A stretch of 64,000 bases of DNA from an uncultured delta proteobacterium (GCA_963727445.1 CAVSGI010000027.1:32001-96000), one strand, 5' to 3'; positions 21,649 to 37,556 are shown, counted from the stretch's first letter. Numbers and translations are program-made. Notes: a model not told the origin generated them from the sequence alone.

Positions 21649-21809
21649 AATGAACGACCACGATTGTGGGACGGAGGATCGCGAAGGATGCGGCGTCGCT
21701 CGGAGGGAGGGCCGACGAAGGACGGCCGATCGGCCATTCGAGGAGGACCCGACGCGGCGAGCGGCGTCGCAGACGAGCGAGGAACGTTCCAGAATCGTGG
21801 TCGTTCATT
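21649..21809. mobile_element. 161-bp non-coding element with terminal inverted repeats (MITE/REP-like)
   Basis: Perfect 17-bp IR AATGAACGACCACGATT (21649-21665 / 21793-21809), extendable to 25 bp with 2 mismatches; internal palindromes; no transposase. Confidence 0.6.
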
Positions 21810-21821
21810 TAGTCTCCGCTC

Positions 21822-22688
21822 ATGACGCGCTCGGCGGCCCTCCTCTCCGCGCTTGTCCTCGTCGGGGCGGGGGCGGGCGCGAACGCGCTGAGATGGCGCG
21901 CTCAGCAACACTTCCGGGACACGCAGCGCTACGAAGACATCTACTACGTTCCCCCTGATGCCTGGCTGCCTGTCTTCTCCCTGGGCTACGACCGGGCGCT
22001 GGCCGATCTTCTCTGGATGCGCGCGCTCGTCTACTTCGGCGACGAGCTCGTGCATCGCGGGCAAGTCCGTCACGTCTTCGACTATGCGAACGCCATCCTG
22101 ACCCTCGACCCGGACTTCGAACGCGTCTATCGCTGGGCCGGAACCGCAGGGATGTATCGGCCGCAGGCGACGTCGCTCGACGACATGTACGAAGCGGTGG
22201 ACTTCCTCCGCCGCGGCGTCGACCGCTTCCCAGACGATGGCGACCTGGCCTGGGATCTCGGCGCGAGTCTGGCCTTCGAGCTCGTACCCCTCGTCGACGA
22301 CCCACGCGAGAAGGAACGCCTTCGCGCAGCGGGCGTCGAGCACATGCAGACGGCCGCGCTCCTCGGCGCCGGACCGGACTGGTTGGCGCTGACCAACGCG
22401 ACGCAGCTCCGCCGGCTCGGCCAGACCGAACAGGCGATCCATCACCTCGAGGAGATGTACGGCATCGTCTCCGATCCTGACATCAAGCGTCAGATCGAGC
22501 TCGAGATCGCCAACCTCCGCGGGCAGGCGCACGCCGACGCGATGCGAGAGACGGCTCGCGAGCTGGACGAGCGTCATCGCCGGGAGTTTCCCTACCTGCC
22601 CGAGACGCTCTATCTCCTGATCGGACCGCGTCCCGTCGTCGACCCGGACGCGCCCTATTTCGACGACGCGCCCGCGCCGGGCCTTTGA
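21822..22688 (+). CDS. Pilin-locus accessory protein, PilG/XapA-like (TPR-like)
   Basis: N-terminal TM, SLGYDRALADLLWMRALVYFG, LTLDPDF..Y, FLRRGVDRFPDD; position downstream of pilins. Confidence 0.6.
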   Translation: MTRSAALLSALVLVGAGAGANALRWRAQQHFRDTQRYEDIYYVPPDAWLPVFSLGYDRALADLLWMRALVYFGDELVHRGQVRHVFDYANAILTLDPDFERVYRWAGTAGMYRPQATSLDDMYEAVDFLRRGVDRFPDDGDLAWDLGASLAFELVPLVDDPREKERLRAAGVEHMQTAALLGAGPDWLALTNATQLRRLGQTEQAIHHLEEMYGIVSDPDIKRQIELEIANLRGQAHADAMRETARELDERHRREFPYLPETLYLLIGPRPVVDPDAPYFDDAPAPGL

Positions 22689-22708
22689 CCAGGCCGATCC
22701 GAGGGATC

Positions 22709-23278
22709 ATGCTCGCGCCGATGGAGCCTCGGTCAAGGCGCGCGGGCGTCACGCTCGTGGAGGCGGCCCTCGTGGTCTGTGTGGTCGGCGTCGTGCTCGC
22801 GGTCTTCGTGCCGACCTTCATCCGCGAGCTCCGCACGAGCAAGGTATCCGAGGCGTCCATGGAGCTGTCAGCGCTGCATCGTGCGTCCGCGGCGTACTAT
22901 GCTGCCCGTCACGAGGCGCAGGATGGCGGCCGCCGCCGCACGCGCTGCCTGCCGCCGATGGCCGGTCCCCTCCCGGCCGAGCCCTCGGTCGATCCCGTGG
23001 AGGTCGACCTCTCGGACGAGTCGCTGCCGGGACGCGAGACCTTCCAGGCGCTCGGATGGGCGCCGCAGCATGGCCTGCGCTATCGCTACTCGTTCCTCCC
23101 GGTGAAAGACGGCTGCGACCTGTTGCCCCAGGCGGGGCGGGCGCTCGTCACGCTGCGAGCGGAGGGCGACCTCGACGGTGACGGCAAGCTCTCCCTCTTC
23201 GAGCGCCAGGCCACGGCGAACGAGGAAGGCGAGCTCGTCCCCACGGGCGTCCTCCGCGTCCGCGACCGAACCGAGTGA
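22709..23278 (+). CDS. Type IV minor prepilin 4
   Basis: RRAG|VTLVEAALVV with E5, SKVSEA, two Cys, GDLDGDGKLSLFE. Confidence 0.8.
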   Translation: MLAPMEPRSRRAGVTLVEAALVVCVVGVVLAVFVPTFIRELRTSKVSEASMELSALHRASAAYYAARHEAQDGGRRRTRCLPPMAGPLPAEPSVDPVEVDLSDESLPGRETFQALGWAPQHGLRYRYSFLPVKDGCDLLPQAGRALVTLRAEGDLDGDGKLSLFERQATANEEGELVPTGVLRVRDRTE

Positions 23279-23303
23279 CATTCCAGCTTCCGCTGGCGTG
23301 AAT

Positions 23304-26029
<2,726 letters not shown>

Positions 26030-26324
26030 CGCATGCCTCTGTTCGCCGTCGGGCGTCCGCCGCGACGTCGGGGAGCTGGGGACCATCTCGCTTGCGCCCC
26101 CCGACGCGAAGGTGGCGGGAATGTACGCTGAGTGCACAACGCCGGTCAACCCGACTGAACTCGCCGTCATCAGGCAGCTTTTGCGGCTACACACCAGGAA
26201 TCCGACCCCGCGAGAAACCCAACCCTTGGACCTTTCCCGTCATGGCCCTTTCACCTCGAATTTGCACGGAAGTCCAGCGGGAATCGAGGCCCCCATCTGA
26301 GGACTCCGCCTCTTGTGACGTCAC

Positions 26325-29084
26325 TCACGGCGTGCCCGCATCGTCGGCGAGGGAGTCGCGCAGGCCCTCGTTCTCGCGGCTGAACGTCGGATCGTGGTCG
26401 CGGAAGTAGCGCACCCGCGCGTCCTGCATGCGCCACCAACGGCTGTAGGGAAGCGGCTCGGTGTCGGGGAAGAGGACTTCGGTGCGCGGCGTGGAGATCG
26501 CGCGCAAGGCGATCGCGCTCGAGGTGTCGACCTCGCGCTCGTAGGAGTCGGGCGCGATGGTGACGCCCTCCACCACGAAGGCGAGGCGCACGCCCTCGGG
26601 CAGGGCGAGGGCCGCGCTGGCTCCGGCCTGGGTCATCCGATCGGCGAGCGAGCGTGGATCACCCGGCTGCCGCTCGGCATAGAGCAGGAACCCATCGCCA
26701 TCGACCCCGATCGCCGCGCCCGCGTCCGGGGTGGCGCTGAGCGGCGCGCCCGCCAGCACGACCTCCGCACCTTCGCCCGGCGCGCCCACGGCGAAACGTC
26801 CATCAGGGGTCGCGTAGAGACCGAAGCGCGCGTGCTCCGCTTCCATGTTGGCCCCACCCGCCAGGTACGCGAGCACCTCGCCGTCGCCCGCGCTCGAAAG
26901 CGGTGTCGCGCGGCTGGGGTCGACGCGCACGAGCCAGGTGCGCGCTCCCTCGTCGCCGCCGAGGCGAGCGCGCGCGAACGCGTGCGGCCAGCCGGCGTGC
27001 GGCAGACCGCTCGTCGAGAACTCGCCTGCATCTTCCGCATCGCCCTCGGCTGCCGCGATGGGCGGCCCCGGGAGCGTCGGGCGCAGCGTCAGATAGAAGA
27101 AGTCGCGTCCGTCGCGGCCCGAGTAGCGCGGGAAACGCATGGGGGTCATCGCGCGCACGCCCTTCCGCGCGCGGAGCAGGAACTCGTCGGTGAGGGGCAT
27201 CGGGCCCTCGAACTCGCTCTCCTCGTCGAGGGGCCGGTGGAGCTCTGCGAAGCCTTCGGTGATCCGAGCCACGTCGTAGAACTCGAAGCCGCGTGTGGCG
27301 GCTGTTCATGTCGAGGTGCATGCCCGCGAACGCAGCGGGTGCGCGAGCATCGCGTTGCCGAGCGCCACCGGGCCCCATCGACTTGCCCCAGAAGTAGGCC
27401 ATGAAGCCCTCTTCGGTCAGGCACAGGCCCGCTGCGATCGATGTAGGTCTGCTCGTCGGCGTTCGCGGGCGCGGCTCCCCACCACCAACGCCCCCAGGGG
27501 TTGTAGCTCGCCGTCCTCGACCACGCTGGTGAGGTTCTGGCGGAAGGCGACCATGTCCTCGGGGATCTGCTGGTCGCCCAGCCCTCCTCGTAGACGCGCA
27601 CGCCCGTCGGGCGGCGGCCGCCACGAGCCCATCGCCGACCCGTCCGTCGTCGTAGACGGCGACCGTCGCGGCCCACGGCTTCGGCGGCAGGTACACGCGC
27701 CCTTCGGCCATCATCCCGAACTCGCCGTGCAGCGCCTGGAAGCCGCCGTTGAACGCGCCGACCAGGAGACGCATGGTGTCCGCATCGCGCGGCGACCATG
27801 CCGCGCCCCGTCTCACCGGTCGCGCTCTCGGGCTCGCGCGTGCCGCTCACGATGTGGAGCTGGACCTGACGGGGATCCCAGAGCGTGACGTACACCCGCG
27901 TGTACGGCGCGGTCCGGATCGGCGCGAAGGAAGGTCTGATAGAACGCTGGCGGCGCATTCGGGTAGCTGTTGACGAAGGGATCGTCGACCACGGGATCCA
28001 CCGCCCTCCCCTTCGACGCGGCCACCGAGCGGACGGGTCGCGCGGAGCCGGCGGCCAGCCGAGCTCGGGATCGGTGACCGAGAGCTCGACGCGCCGCCGA
28101 CGCTCTTCATCGGTGAGCTCCGCGGTGCCGAGATCCTCGGCGGCCTCGGCCTCGGTGTCGGTGCCGACCATCGAGTAATAGGCGCGCTCCACCGCGTCCT
28201 TGACGCGCGAAGACCGTGTGCTCGAGCCACTCGATGGGCTCGGGCCCCACGAAGGAGAGGTTGCGCACCGTGTCGACGACCCAGGTGATGGTGCCGGGCA
28301 TGCCCTTGACCTGCGGCGTCACCTCGACCAGCGAGGCGCCGGAGGTGGGCTCGTCGGGCGACGCGGGATCGATGACGACCGCCTCGCCGTCGCCCAGGTC
28401 GACCGAGAACTGGTCGCCCTCCGTGGTGATGGCGACCGCGTCGACAGGTGTCGTCAGCCGATAGCGCACGCGGCCCACGCCGCCCCGCCGGCCGGTCTCC
28501 TGCACGTTGCTGATCGCGTTCTGCGCACGCGCGCGCAGGGGCCAGTCTTCCGTGAGCGCCTCCGGCTCACCGGACATGTCCAGGAGCGTCACAGCGTCGA
28601 CCTGGCCGCTCACCACCGAGGCGTAGAGCAGGCGCTCGCCCAGGGGCGTCAGCAATCCCTCGTCCGCGCTCGAGGTGCGCGTGAGGTTCGAGACCCAACG
28701 CACGTCGAGGAGGGAGGTCCCTCGCCCGGCGCGCGCCTCGGCGTAGTAGACGTCGTGGGGTTGTCCCTCGCCGGGACGCGCGCGGAAGAGCACCGGGCGC
28801 GTCGACAAGGCCGTGTCGTCGCCGAAGAACACCACCGACGCCTCGTCCACCACCAGGCCCTCGCCCGCGAGCGCGAGCGCCAGCGAGGCCTCGGGGGTCT
28901 CGCCGTCGCCGCCGCGCCCCGCGCGGGCGACGAGGATGGCCGCGAGGGCGAGGCCGAGCGCCACGAGCAGATAGCGCCGTCGTTCGACGAAGCGCTCGAG
29001 TTGCGCGCGCACCCCTGTGGGGGTTCTCACGACGGGCTGTTCGAAGGCATCCTTCACGGGAGATCGGCTGCGAATTCGTAGCAT
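26325..29084 (-). CDS. Large membrane-anchored protein with phosphodiester-glycosidase (NAGPA-like) domain, multiply frameshifted
   Basis: AFNGGFQALHGEFGM, FRQNL, RSGLCLT, GMHLDMN motifs over ORFs 28107-29408, 27146-28192, 26803-27816, 27417-27632 and 26325-27272. Confidence 0.6.
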
Positions 29085-29406
29085 GTGACCCGTCCGGGCC
29101 GCAGGTTTTTGGCGCCCCCAGAAGACGCCACTCAGCGAGTACGTCCAGCCGCCGATCTGCCCCCCGCTCTCGAATTGGGGCTGAGCCGCTGCCTTCCCGC
29201 GTCCCGATCGGTGGTGGTGGGGCCTGAGCCGCCGCCTTCCCGCGTCCGGTCGCTGATGGCGGGGGCGGCGGCGTTGCGGGGAGGCGAAAAGCGGGCTAAT
29301 TGCACCGGCGTCGAGCGGCTTCGGGGGTGCCTCGAATCGTGCGCGACACCTTTTGTGCCGCTGGAACGTCCTTCGCTCCAGCAGCGTTTCGCCAAACGGT
29401 CGAGCC

Positions 29407-30277
29407 ATGTCCCGTGCACTGATCCTCCTGCTCCTCGCGAGCTTCGCCCTGCCCTCCTTCGCCGCCGCCCAGAACCGGCGCCGACGCGGCCGTCAAAGCG
29501 ACGGCGAAGAACAGGCGCCTCAGCCCACCCTCGCCGACCTGGACACCATCGTCCCGAAGCTCTCGAGCGACAACGCCGCAGAGGTGCGCGAGGCGATCGA
29601 TCTGCTGAGCGTCATCGACGACCCGAGGTCATCCCGCATCTGGCCACGCTCCTTCGCAGCGGGCAGCCCGATCCCGTCACGGATCGCGCGCTCGAGGCGC
29701 TGGGCGGCCTCGCGAATCCCGGCGCCATCGAGATCCTCTCGGCGTTCACCCACCACCGTCGCCCCGGCGCCAGGCGCCGCGCCTACCAGGGCCTCGCCGC
29801 GATTCACGACCGCCGCATCCCCGCGCTCCTCGAGCACGGGCTCAGCGACAGCGACCGCAACGTCCGCGCCACCAGCGCCCTCGCCCTCGGTGAGATCGGC
29901 GCGCGCGACTCCCTCGACATCCTCTTCCGCGCCTTCGAGCGCGGCGTGGTCGAAGCGGCGATCGCCATCGGCAAGCTCGGCAACCGCCGCTCGGTCGCGC
30001 GCTTCGACGAGCACCTGGGCGACCGCCCCCTCGCGATCATGCTCAGCGGCTATCACGAGTTCCTGCGCCGCAACGACATCCCGACCGAGGTGAAGACAGA
30101 CGTGGTCGCCCGCCTCGGCGAGGTCAGCGGCCCGATGGTGCGCCGCTTCCTGCAGGAGTACCTCGGCACCTTCCCGGAGCGCGGCCGCAACGCGCTGCGT
30201 GACCATGTCGAAGAGACTCTGCGGCGTATCCCCGAGGGGAACGTCGGCGTCACGCTCGGCACCGAAGGAGGTGAGGG

Positions 30278-30281
<4 letters not shown>
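29407..30281 (+). CDS. Exported HEAT-repeat protein, frameshifted
   Basis: Signal peptide MSRALILLLL..AAAQ, HEAT repeats (LSDSDRNVRATSALALGEIG); shift near 29625. Confidence 0.78.
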
Positions 30282-32959
<2,678 letters not shown>

Positions 32960-33036
32960 AGGGCGCCTTCCACGACGGGCCGCGTAACGGCGCCTGAAGC
33001 GCGCCATCGCGCGGCCCGCGCTAGACTTCGGTTCCG

Positions 33037-34341
33037 ATGTCCTCGGACAAACCCCTTCCCTGGCCCTACGACGTGCGCCGCGGCGACGTCGACGAGGTCA
33101 TGGTGGTGGCGAGCGACATCGAGATCGGGGCGGGCGGCGCCACCGAGGACTTCCCGCAGTCGGCGTTCCTCGGCGACCTCTTCCTGCGCTACTGCGCGCC
33201 CCCTTTCGCCCACCTGCCCGTCACCCTCGTCCTCAACGGCGACAGCTTCGATCTCCTCAAGACCCCGCTGAAAGACGGCACCTTCCCCGTCCACGTCAGC
33301 GAAGAGATCGCCGTCGCGAAGCTCGAGCGCATCATCGCCGCCCACGGGCCTTACTTCGAGCGCCTGCGGCGCTTCCTCGCCTACGACGGCGCACCCCGCG
33401 ACCTGATCTTCGTCGTCGGCAATCACGACATGGAGGTCTTCTTTCCCGGCGTGCAGGAGCGCTTGCGCCAGGAGCTGGGCAACTCCGATCGAATCGCCTT
33501 TCCCGGTCTGCGTCACCAGCACGGGCTCGTTCACGTCGAGCACGGCCAACAGCACGACCCCCTCTTCGCCATCGACGCCCACCACCCCTTCTTGAGCTGG
33601 GAAGGCGAGACCATTCTCAATCTCCCCTGGGGGACGCTGGCGCTCCTCGAAGTGGCGATGCCCTTCCTGCCGGAGCTTCATCAGATCGATCGCCTCAAGC
33701 CGAGAGACGAGGTCCTCGACGCGCTTCCGGAGGTGCGCGAGCTCCTTCTGTCAGCGTTCTGGCGCTACTGGACCCGCGACTTCTGGCAGCGCTACTGGCG
33801 CAGCCGCGACCCGCTCCGCCGCGTCAGCTGGACCATGCTGCAGGAGGTCGCCTATCGATTCAGCACCGGCGATCCGGACGTCTCGATGCAGGACTGCCGC
33901 CGGCTCCTGCACGGACGGCGTGACGACACCCTGTTGATCCTCCTCGGCCACGAGCACGAGCCGGCGTGGTGGAACGAAGGAGAGCGGCGCGTCCTGCGCA
34001 CCGGGTGCTTTCGCAACGAGTACGCCGCGGACCTGATGGGCACCCACCATCGCCTCCTGCCCAAGGTCTACGCCGAGGTCTATCTGAACGACGGCGTGCC
34101 CCTGCGCTCGCGCCTGGTGGAGGTGAACGCTCCCCCGCCGCCGGCCGACAACCTCCCCGGCTCCCTCGACGCGATCGTGAGCCGCGTACCGCTCCTCCGG
34201 CAGGCTGCGCATCTCGACGACGCCCCTCGCGCGGCCAAGGCGCGCGCTGCTCAACGAGATCGAGAGGCCGATGAGCACAAGAGCCGCGCCCTGCCCGGCT
34301 TCGTCGAGACGCTACGGCACGTCCTGAGTCGCAACTCGTAG
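33037..34341 (+). CDS. Calcineurin-like metallophosphoesterase
   Basis: SDIEIG, NGDSFD, VGNHD, EHGQQHD, GHEH motifs. Confidence 0.8.
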   Translation: MSSDKPLPWPYDVRRGDVDEVMVVASDIEIGAGGATEDFPQSAFLGDLFLRYCAPPFAHLPVTLVLNGDSFDLLKTPLKDGTFPVHVSEEIAVAKLERIIAAHGPYFERLRRFLAYDGAPRDLIFVVGNHDMEVFFPGVQERLRQELGNSDRIAFPGLRHQHGLVHVEHGQQHDPLFAIDAHHPFLSWEGETILNLPWGTLALLEVAMPFLPELHQIDRLKPRDEVLDALPEVRELLLSAFWRYWTRDFWQRYWRSRDPLRRVSWTMLQEVAYRFSTGDPDVSMQDCRRLLHGRRDDTLLILLGHEHEPAWWNEGERRVLRTGCFRNEYAADLMGTHHRLLPKVYAEVYLNDGVPLRSRLVEVNAPPPPADNLPGSLDAIVSRVPLLRQAAHLDDAPRAAKARAAQRDREADEHKSRALPGFVETLRHVLSRNS

Positions 34342-34414
34342 CTCACCCGCGCTGAGGCACGAGACGACGGATTGGCGAGGCGGCAGAGGAACGAGCGAGG
34401 CCCCTCGAAACTCG

Positions 34415-35356
34415 TCAGCTGCGCACGCGCCTCTCCGCTTCGACGAGCGCTTCCATCACCTCTCGGCTGGCCTTCTGCACCGCGGGCTCCGCTTCGCCGT
34501 CGAAGCGGTCGGGGTGCACAGCACGTGCGAGACGGCGCAGTGCCCGGCGTGCCGCGGGGGCGTCTGCGTCGTGGGGGATGTCGAGGAGGCTGGTGGCGCC
34601 TGCCGCGTGGCGAAGCTGGCGCTGCTTGCGCAGGAGCAGCGAGTAGCTGCGGCCCGCGGTGGGCGCGCTGATCGCCGACAAGAGGTGGAGCGCGTAGAGG
34701 GAACGGATCGCGCGCGAGGAGCCGCCACCCATGGCGAGCACCATGTCCACCGGCGCGCCACGCCTCAGGATGGGCAGCATCGCTTCCTCGACGGGCGTCA
34801 GCTCCGCGTCCTCGACCAACGCCCCGCCGAGCCGTGAGAGCAGCACCACGCCCAAGCCGAGGCGCCGCCGCGCGAGCAGCAGCGGCACGTCGCCCACCGC
34901 TTCGCGCATGGAGGCGAGCACCAGGTCGGCGGGCTCACGCGCAGCCTTCACGTGCGCCACCCCGACGTCCGCGAGCCCGGCGCGGAAGCGCAACTCCGCG
35001 GAGGGCCACATCAGGGTGTCGGCCACCCGCCGCGAGAGCTGCTGCCCGAGCGCCGCCTCCACCGCCTCGCGACTCGCGGCGCCGACCTCCACCAACCATT
35101 GCCCCACCGGACCGATCGGCGACGCCGCCCGGAGCGCCGTCTCGTGCGCGCGTCGATCCAGCTCCCCCCGACGGGCGAGGACGTCGCCGAGGGTCTCCTC
35201 GTCATCGGGAACGGAGATGGCGCGCGGCACCCCGCGAACGATGGCCAGCTTCGCTTCACGCCTCTCCGCTCGCACCGTCAGCACGCCCGTCGCCTCCGCG
35301 CGGCGGAGGGCCAAAAGGGCACGAGAGATGGAGGTGGCGCTGGGAAGCGGGTCCAC
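34415..35356 (-). CDS. DUF4388-like domain plus C-terminal J-domain protein
   Basis: ATGVLTV..GVP..ETLGDVL..G..L...G N-terminus; RRALRRLARAVHPDRF J-domain HPD motif. Confidence 0.75.
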   Translation of the reverse strand: MDPLPSATSISRALLALRRAEATGVLTVRAERREAKLAIVRGVPRAISVPDDEETLGDVLARRGELDRRAHETALRAASPIGPVGQWLVEVGAASREAVEAALGQQLSRRVADTLMWPSAELRFRAGLADVGVAHVKAAREPADLVLASMREAVGDVPLLLARRRLGLGVVLLSRLGGALVEDAELTPVEEAMLPILRRGAPVDMVLAMGGGSSRAIRSLYALHLLSAISAPTAGRSYSLLLRKQRQLRHAAGATSLLDIPHDADAPAARRALRRLARAVHPDRFDGEAEPAVQKASREVMEALVEAERRVRS

Positions 35357-35413
35357 CCCACGGGGGTACCGAGGGCGAGCCCCAACCGCCAAGTTTTTGG
35401 CGACGACGCCTCC

Positions 35414-37552
35414 TCAGGCGCCGCCGCCCGCGAGCCGTTCGAGATCGCCGAGCGCCCGCTGCCAGCCCGCTTCGTTCGACGGGTCGCGCCGGCGCGCGTC
35501 CGCCAGGATGGCGCGTGCCCTGTCGACATGGCCGGCTGCCACCTCGACCCGCACCGCCGCCATCACCACCTCCGGCGAAGGCGGCGCTCGCTGGAGCAGC
35601 GGGGCGAGCGCCTGTCGCGCGCCCTCGAAGGAGCCGAGCGCCAGCTGCGCGCGCGACCGGCTGAGCGCCCCTTCGATGTCGTCGCCACCGGGGGCCCCAT
35701 CCATCTCCAGCGCGGCGGCTTCGATGGCAGAAGCGATGGCTTCGCTACGCGCGTCGCCGCCCGAAATCGCCCGAGCGCGTGCGGACGCGCGCCGGGCGGC
35801 TTCGAAATGAAGCCGGCGCGCCCGGGCCAGCGCGAGGGCATCGTAAGCGTCGACGTCGCGCGGCTCGCGCCGCGTGATCTCTCGCAGGCGCGCCACGGAT
35901 TCCGACAGCGCACCGTCCCGCATCTCGGCGGTCGCCCAGGGGAGCTGCACGCGCTGCGAGTCTTCCGCCAGCCGCTGTCGCTCCTCGTCCGAGAGCCGCA
36001 GCGCGATCACCCCGCCGCCGATCTCCAGGGTCGCCTCGCGACCTTCGACGATGGACGCGTAGAAATCGCGAAGGGCGCCGAGCGCGGCGTGATCCGCGTC
36101 GTCGATGCTTGTGGCGCGGAGCCGAGCGAGCTCGAGCGCCACGTCGATCTCGAGACGTCGATCGTGGGCGCGCACCGCCTGGTCGTAGGCGCCGAGGAGC
36201 AGCGCCTGTGCCTCGCCGCTCAGCCCCGCGTCGGCGGCGAGGCTCGCCAGCTCGCGCGCTGCCACCACGTTCCGCGGATTTTCACGATGCTCGTACTCCC
36301 AGAGTGCTTCGTCGGAGGCGAAGTGCCCCTGTGCGATCACGGTGAGGGTCGCGAGCCCGAAGAGAGCGGGGAGCGCACCGGCGAAGAGCACACGGGTCAG
36401 GGCTCGGTCAGGCGAAGCCGCGAGCCCGAGCAAAGCCCGCGTCACGAGGGCCGCGATGCCGAGGTGGGGCAGAAAGAGAAAGCGCTCCGAGATCCAGGAG
36501 TAGTGGCCCAGGGGAACGATGTTGAGGACCGGGACGAGCGGAAGGAGGAAGTAGCAGAGGTCTGCCAGCCAGGGACGCAGCCGGGGCGCTCGGCGCGCCC
36601 GCATCCCGAGGACGGCGACCGCCACGACTGTGGCCGCGCCCGCGAAGAGCGCCGCCGGATCGTAGACGGCTCCGTAGCTCTCGTCGTGCATCCGGATCGC
36701 GGGGTGAACGGTCGTGGACAGCGGCCAGAGCGTGGCGAGCACGTAATGACCGAGCGATGCGAGCACGCGCTGCAAGAGATCCGCGACGTCGCCCGACCCG
36801 AGACCCACGGACGGGACGAAGGCAAAGCGGAGGACGAGAGCCGAGAGCACGCCCGCGGCCGCAGCGACGAGATGCTTTGCCTTTCGTCGAAGCGCGTCCG
36901 AGGCCCGCGCTTCGCCACGGAGGAGCACCACGTCGACGGCGAGGAGCACGGGCATCACCAGCGCGGCCTCCTTCGACAGGACCGCGGCGGCGAAGAAGAG
37001 GCCCGTCCCCAGGACGGCCGAGGGGCGCGGGGAGCTCGCCGACAAGAGCCCGCCGAGCGCGCATGCGGTCATCGCCACGTCAGGCAGTCCGCTGATCCAG
37101 GTCACCGACTCCACACGCGCCGGCAAGAGCGCGAAGAGCAGCGACCCGACCGCCGCTGCGCCGAGCGTAGCGGCATCGGGCGCGCCCGCGTGACGACGCC
37201 GGAGCCAGAGGAAGAGCAGCAGCGCGACCAGCGCGTGCAGCGCGATGCTGACGGCATGGTAGCCGGCCGGCGACTGGCCGAAGACTTCGTGCTCGAGGAG
37301 CTGCGCGGCCTTCACGAGGGGGCGATAGATGCCGCGGTAGACGGGGTTGTCGGGCGCCGGTGCGGCGGAGACGTCCCAGAAGCCGGTGGTGAGCGCGCGG
37401 CCGAGGTTGTCGAGGCCGTGCGCGTGGGTGTTGTGGACGATCAGCGACCAGTCGTCGGAGACGAAGCCCGCCCAGAGCGAAGGGGCGAAGACAAGCAGGG
37501 TGACGACGGCCACGCCGAGGGCGACGAGCCGCGTTCGCTGACGCGTCGCCAC
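35414..37552 (-). CDS. Second TMTC-like GT-C glycosyltransferase with TPR domain
   Basis: FVSDDW, FWD..IYRP, YHAVSIALH, PARVESVTWIS, LSKE, SERFLFLP; paralog of 12788-14899. Confidence 0.8.
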   Translation of the reverse strand: MATRQRTRLVALGVAVVTLLVFAPSLWAGFVSDDWSLIVHNTHAHGLDNLGRALTTGFWDVSAAPAPDNPVYRGIYRPLVKAAQLLEHEVFGQSPAGYHAVSIALHALVALLLFLWLRRRHAGAPDAATLGAAAVGSLLFALLPARVESVTWISGLPDVAMTACALGGLLSASSPRPSAVLGTGLFFAAAVLSKEAALVMPVLLAVDVVLLRGEARASDALRRKAKHLVAAAAGVLSALVLRFAFVPSVGLGSGDVADLLQRVLASLGHYVLATLWPLSTTVHPAIRMHDESYGAVYDPAALFAGAATVVAVAVLGMRARRAPRLRPWLADLCYFLLPLVPVLNIVPLGHYSWISERFLFLPHLGIAALVTRALLGLAASPDRALTRVLFAGALPALFGLATLTVIAQGHFASDEALWEYEHRENPRNVVAARELASLAADAGLSGEAQALLLGAYDQAVRAHDRRLEIDVALELARLRATSIDDADHAALGALRDFYASIVEGREATLEIGGGVIALRLSDEERQRLAEDSQRVQLPWATAEMRDGALSESVARLREITRREPRDVDAYDALALARARRLHFEAARRASARARAISGGDARSEAIASAIEAAALEMDGAPGGDDIEGALSRSRAQLALGSFEGARQALAPLLQRAPPSPEVVMAAVRVEVAAGHVDRARAILADARRRDPSNEAGWQRALGDLERLAGGGA

Positions 37553-37556
37553 GGCC

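Noticed and set aside
21635..21958. 107-aa ORF between the HTTM-like gene and the PilG-like gene
   Set aside because: Runs through the inverted-repeat element and overlaps the next gene out of frame; no protein-like features
26030..26324. Long intergenic region upstream of the kinase as an ncRNA or tRNA
   Set aside because: No cloverleaf, terminator or recognisable RNA motif seen; probably promoter/UTR
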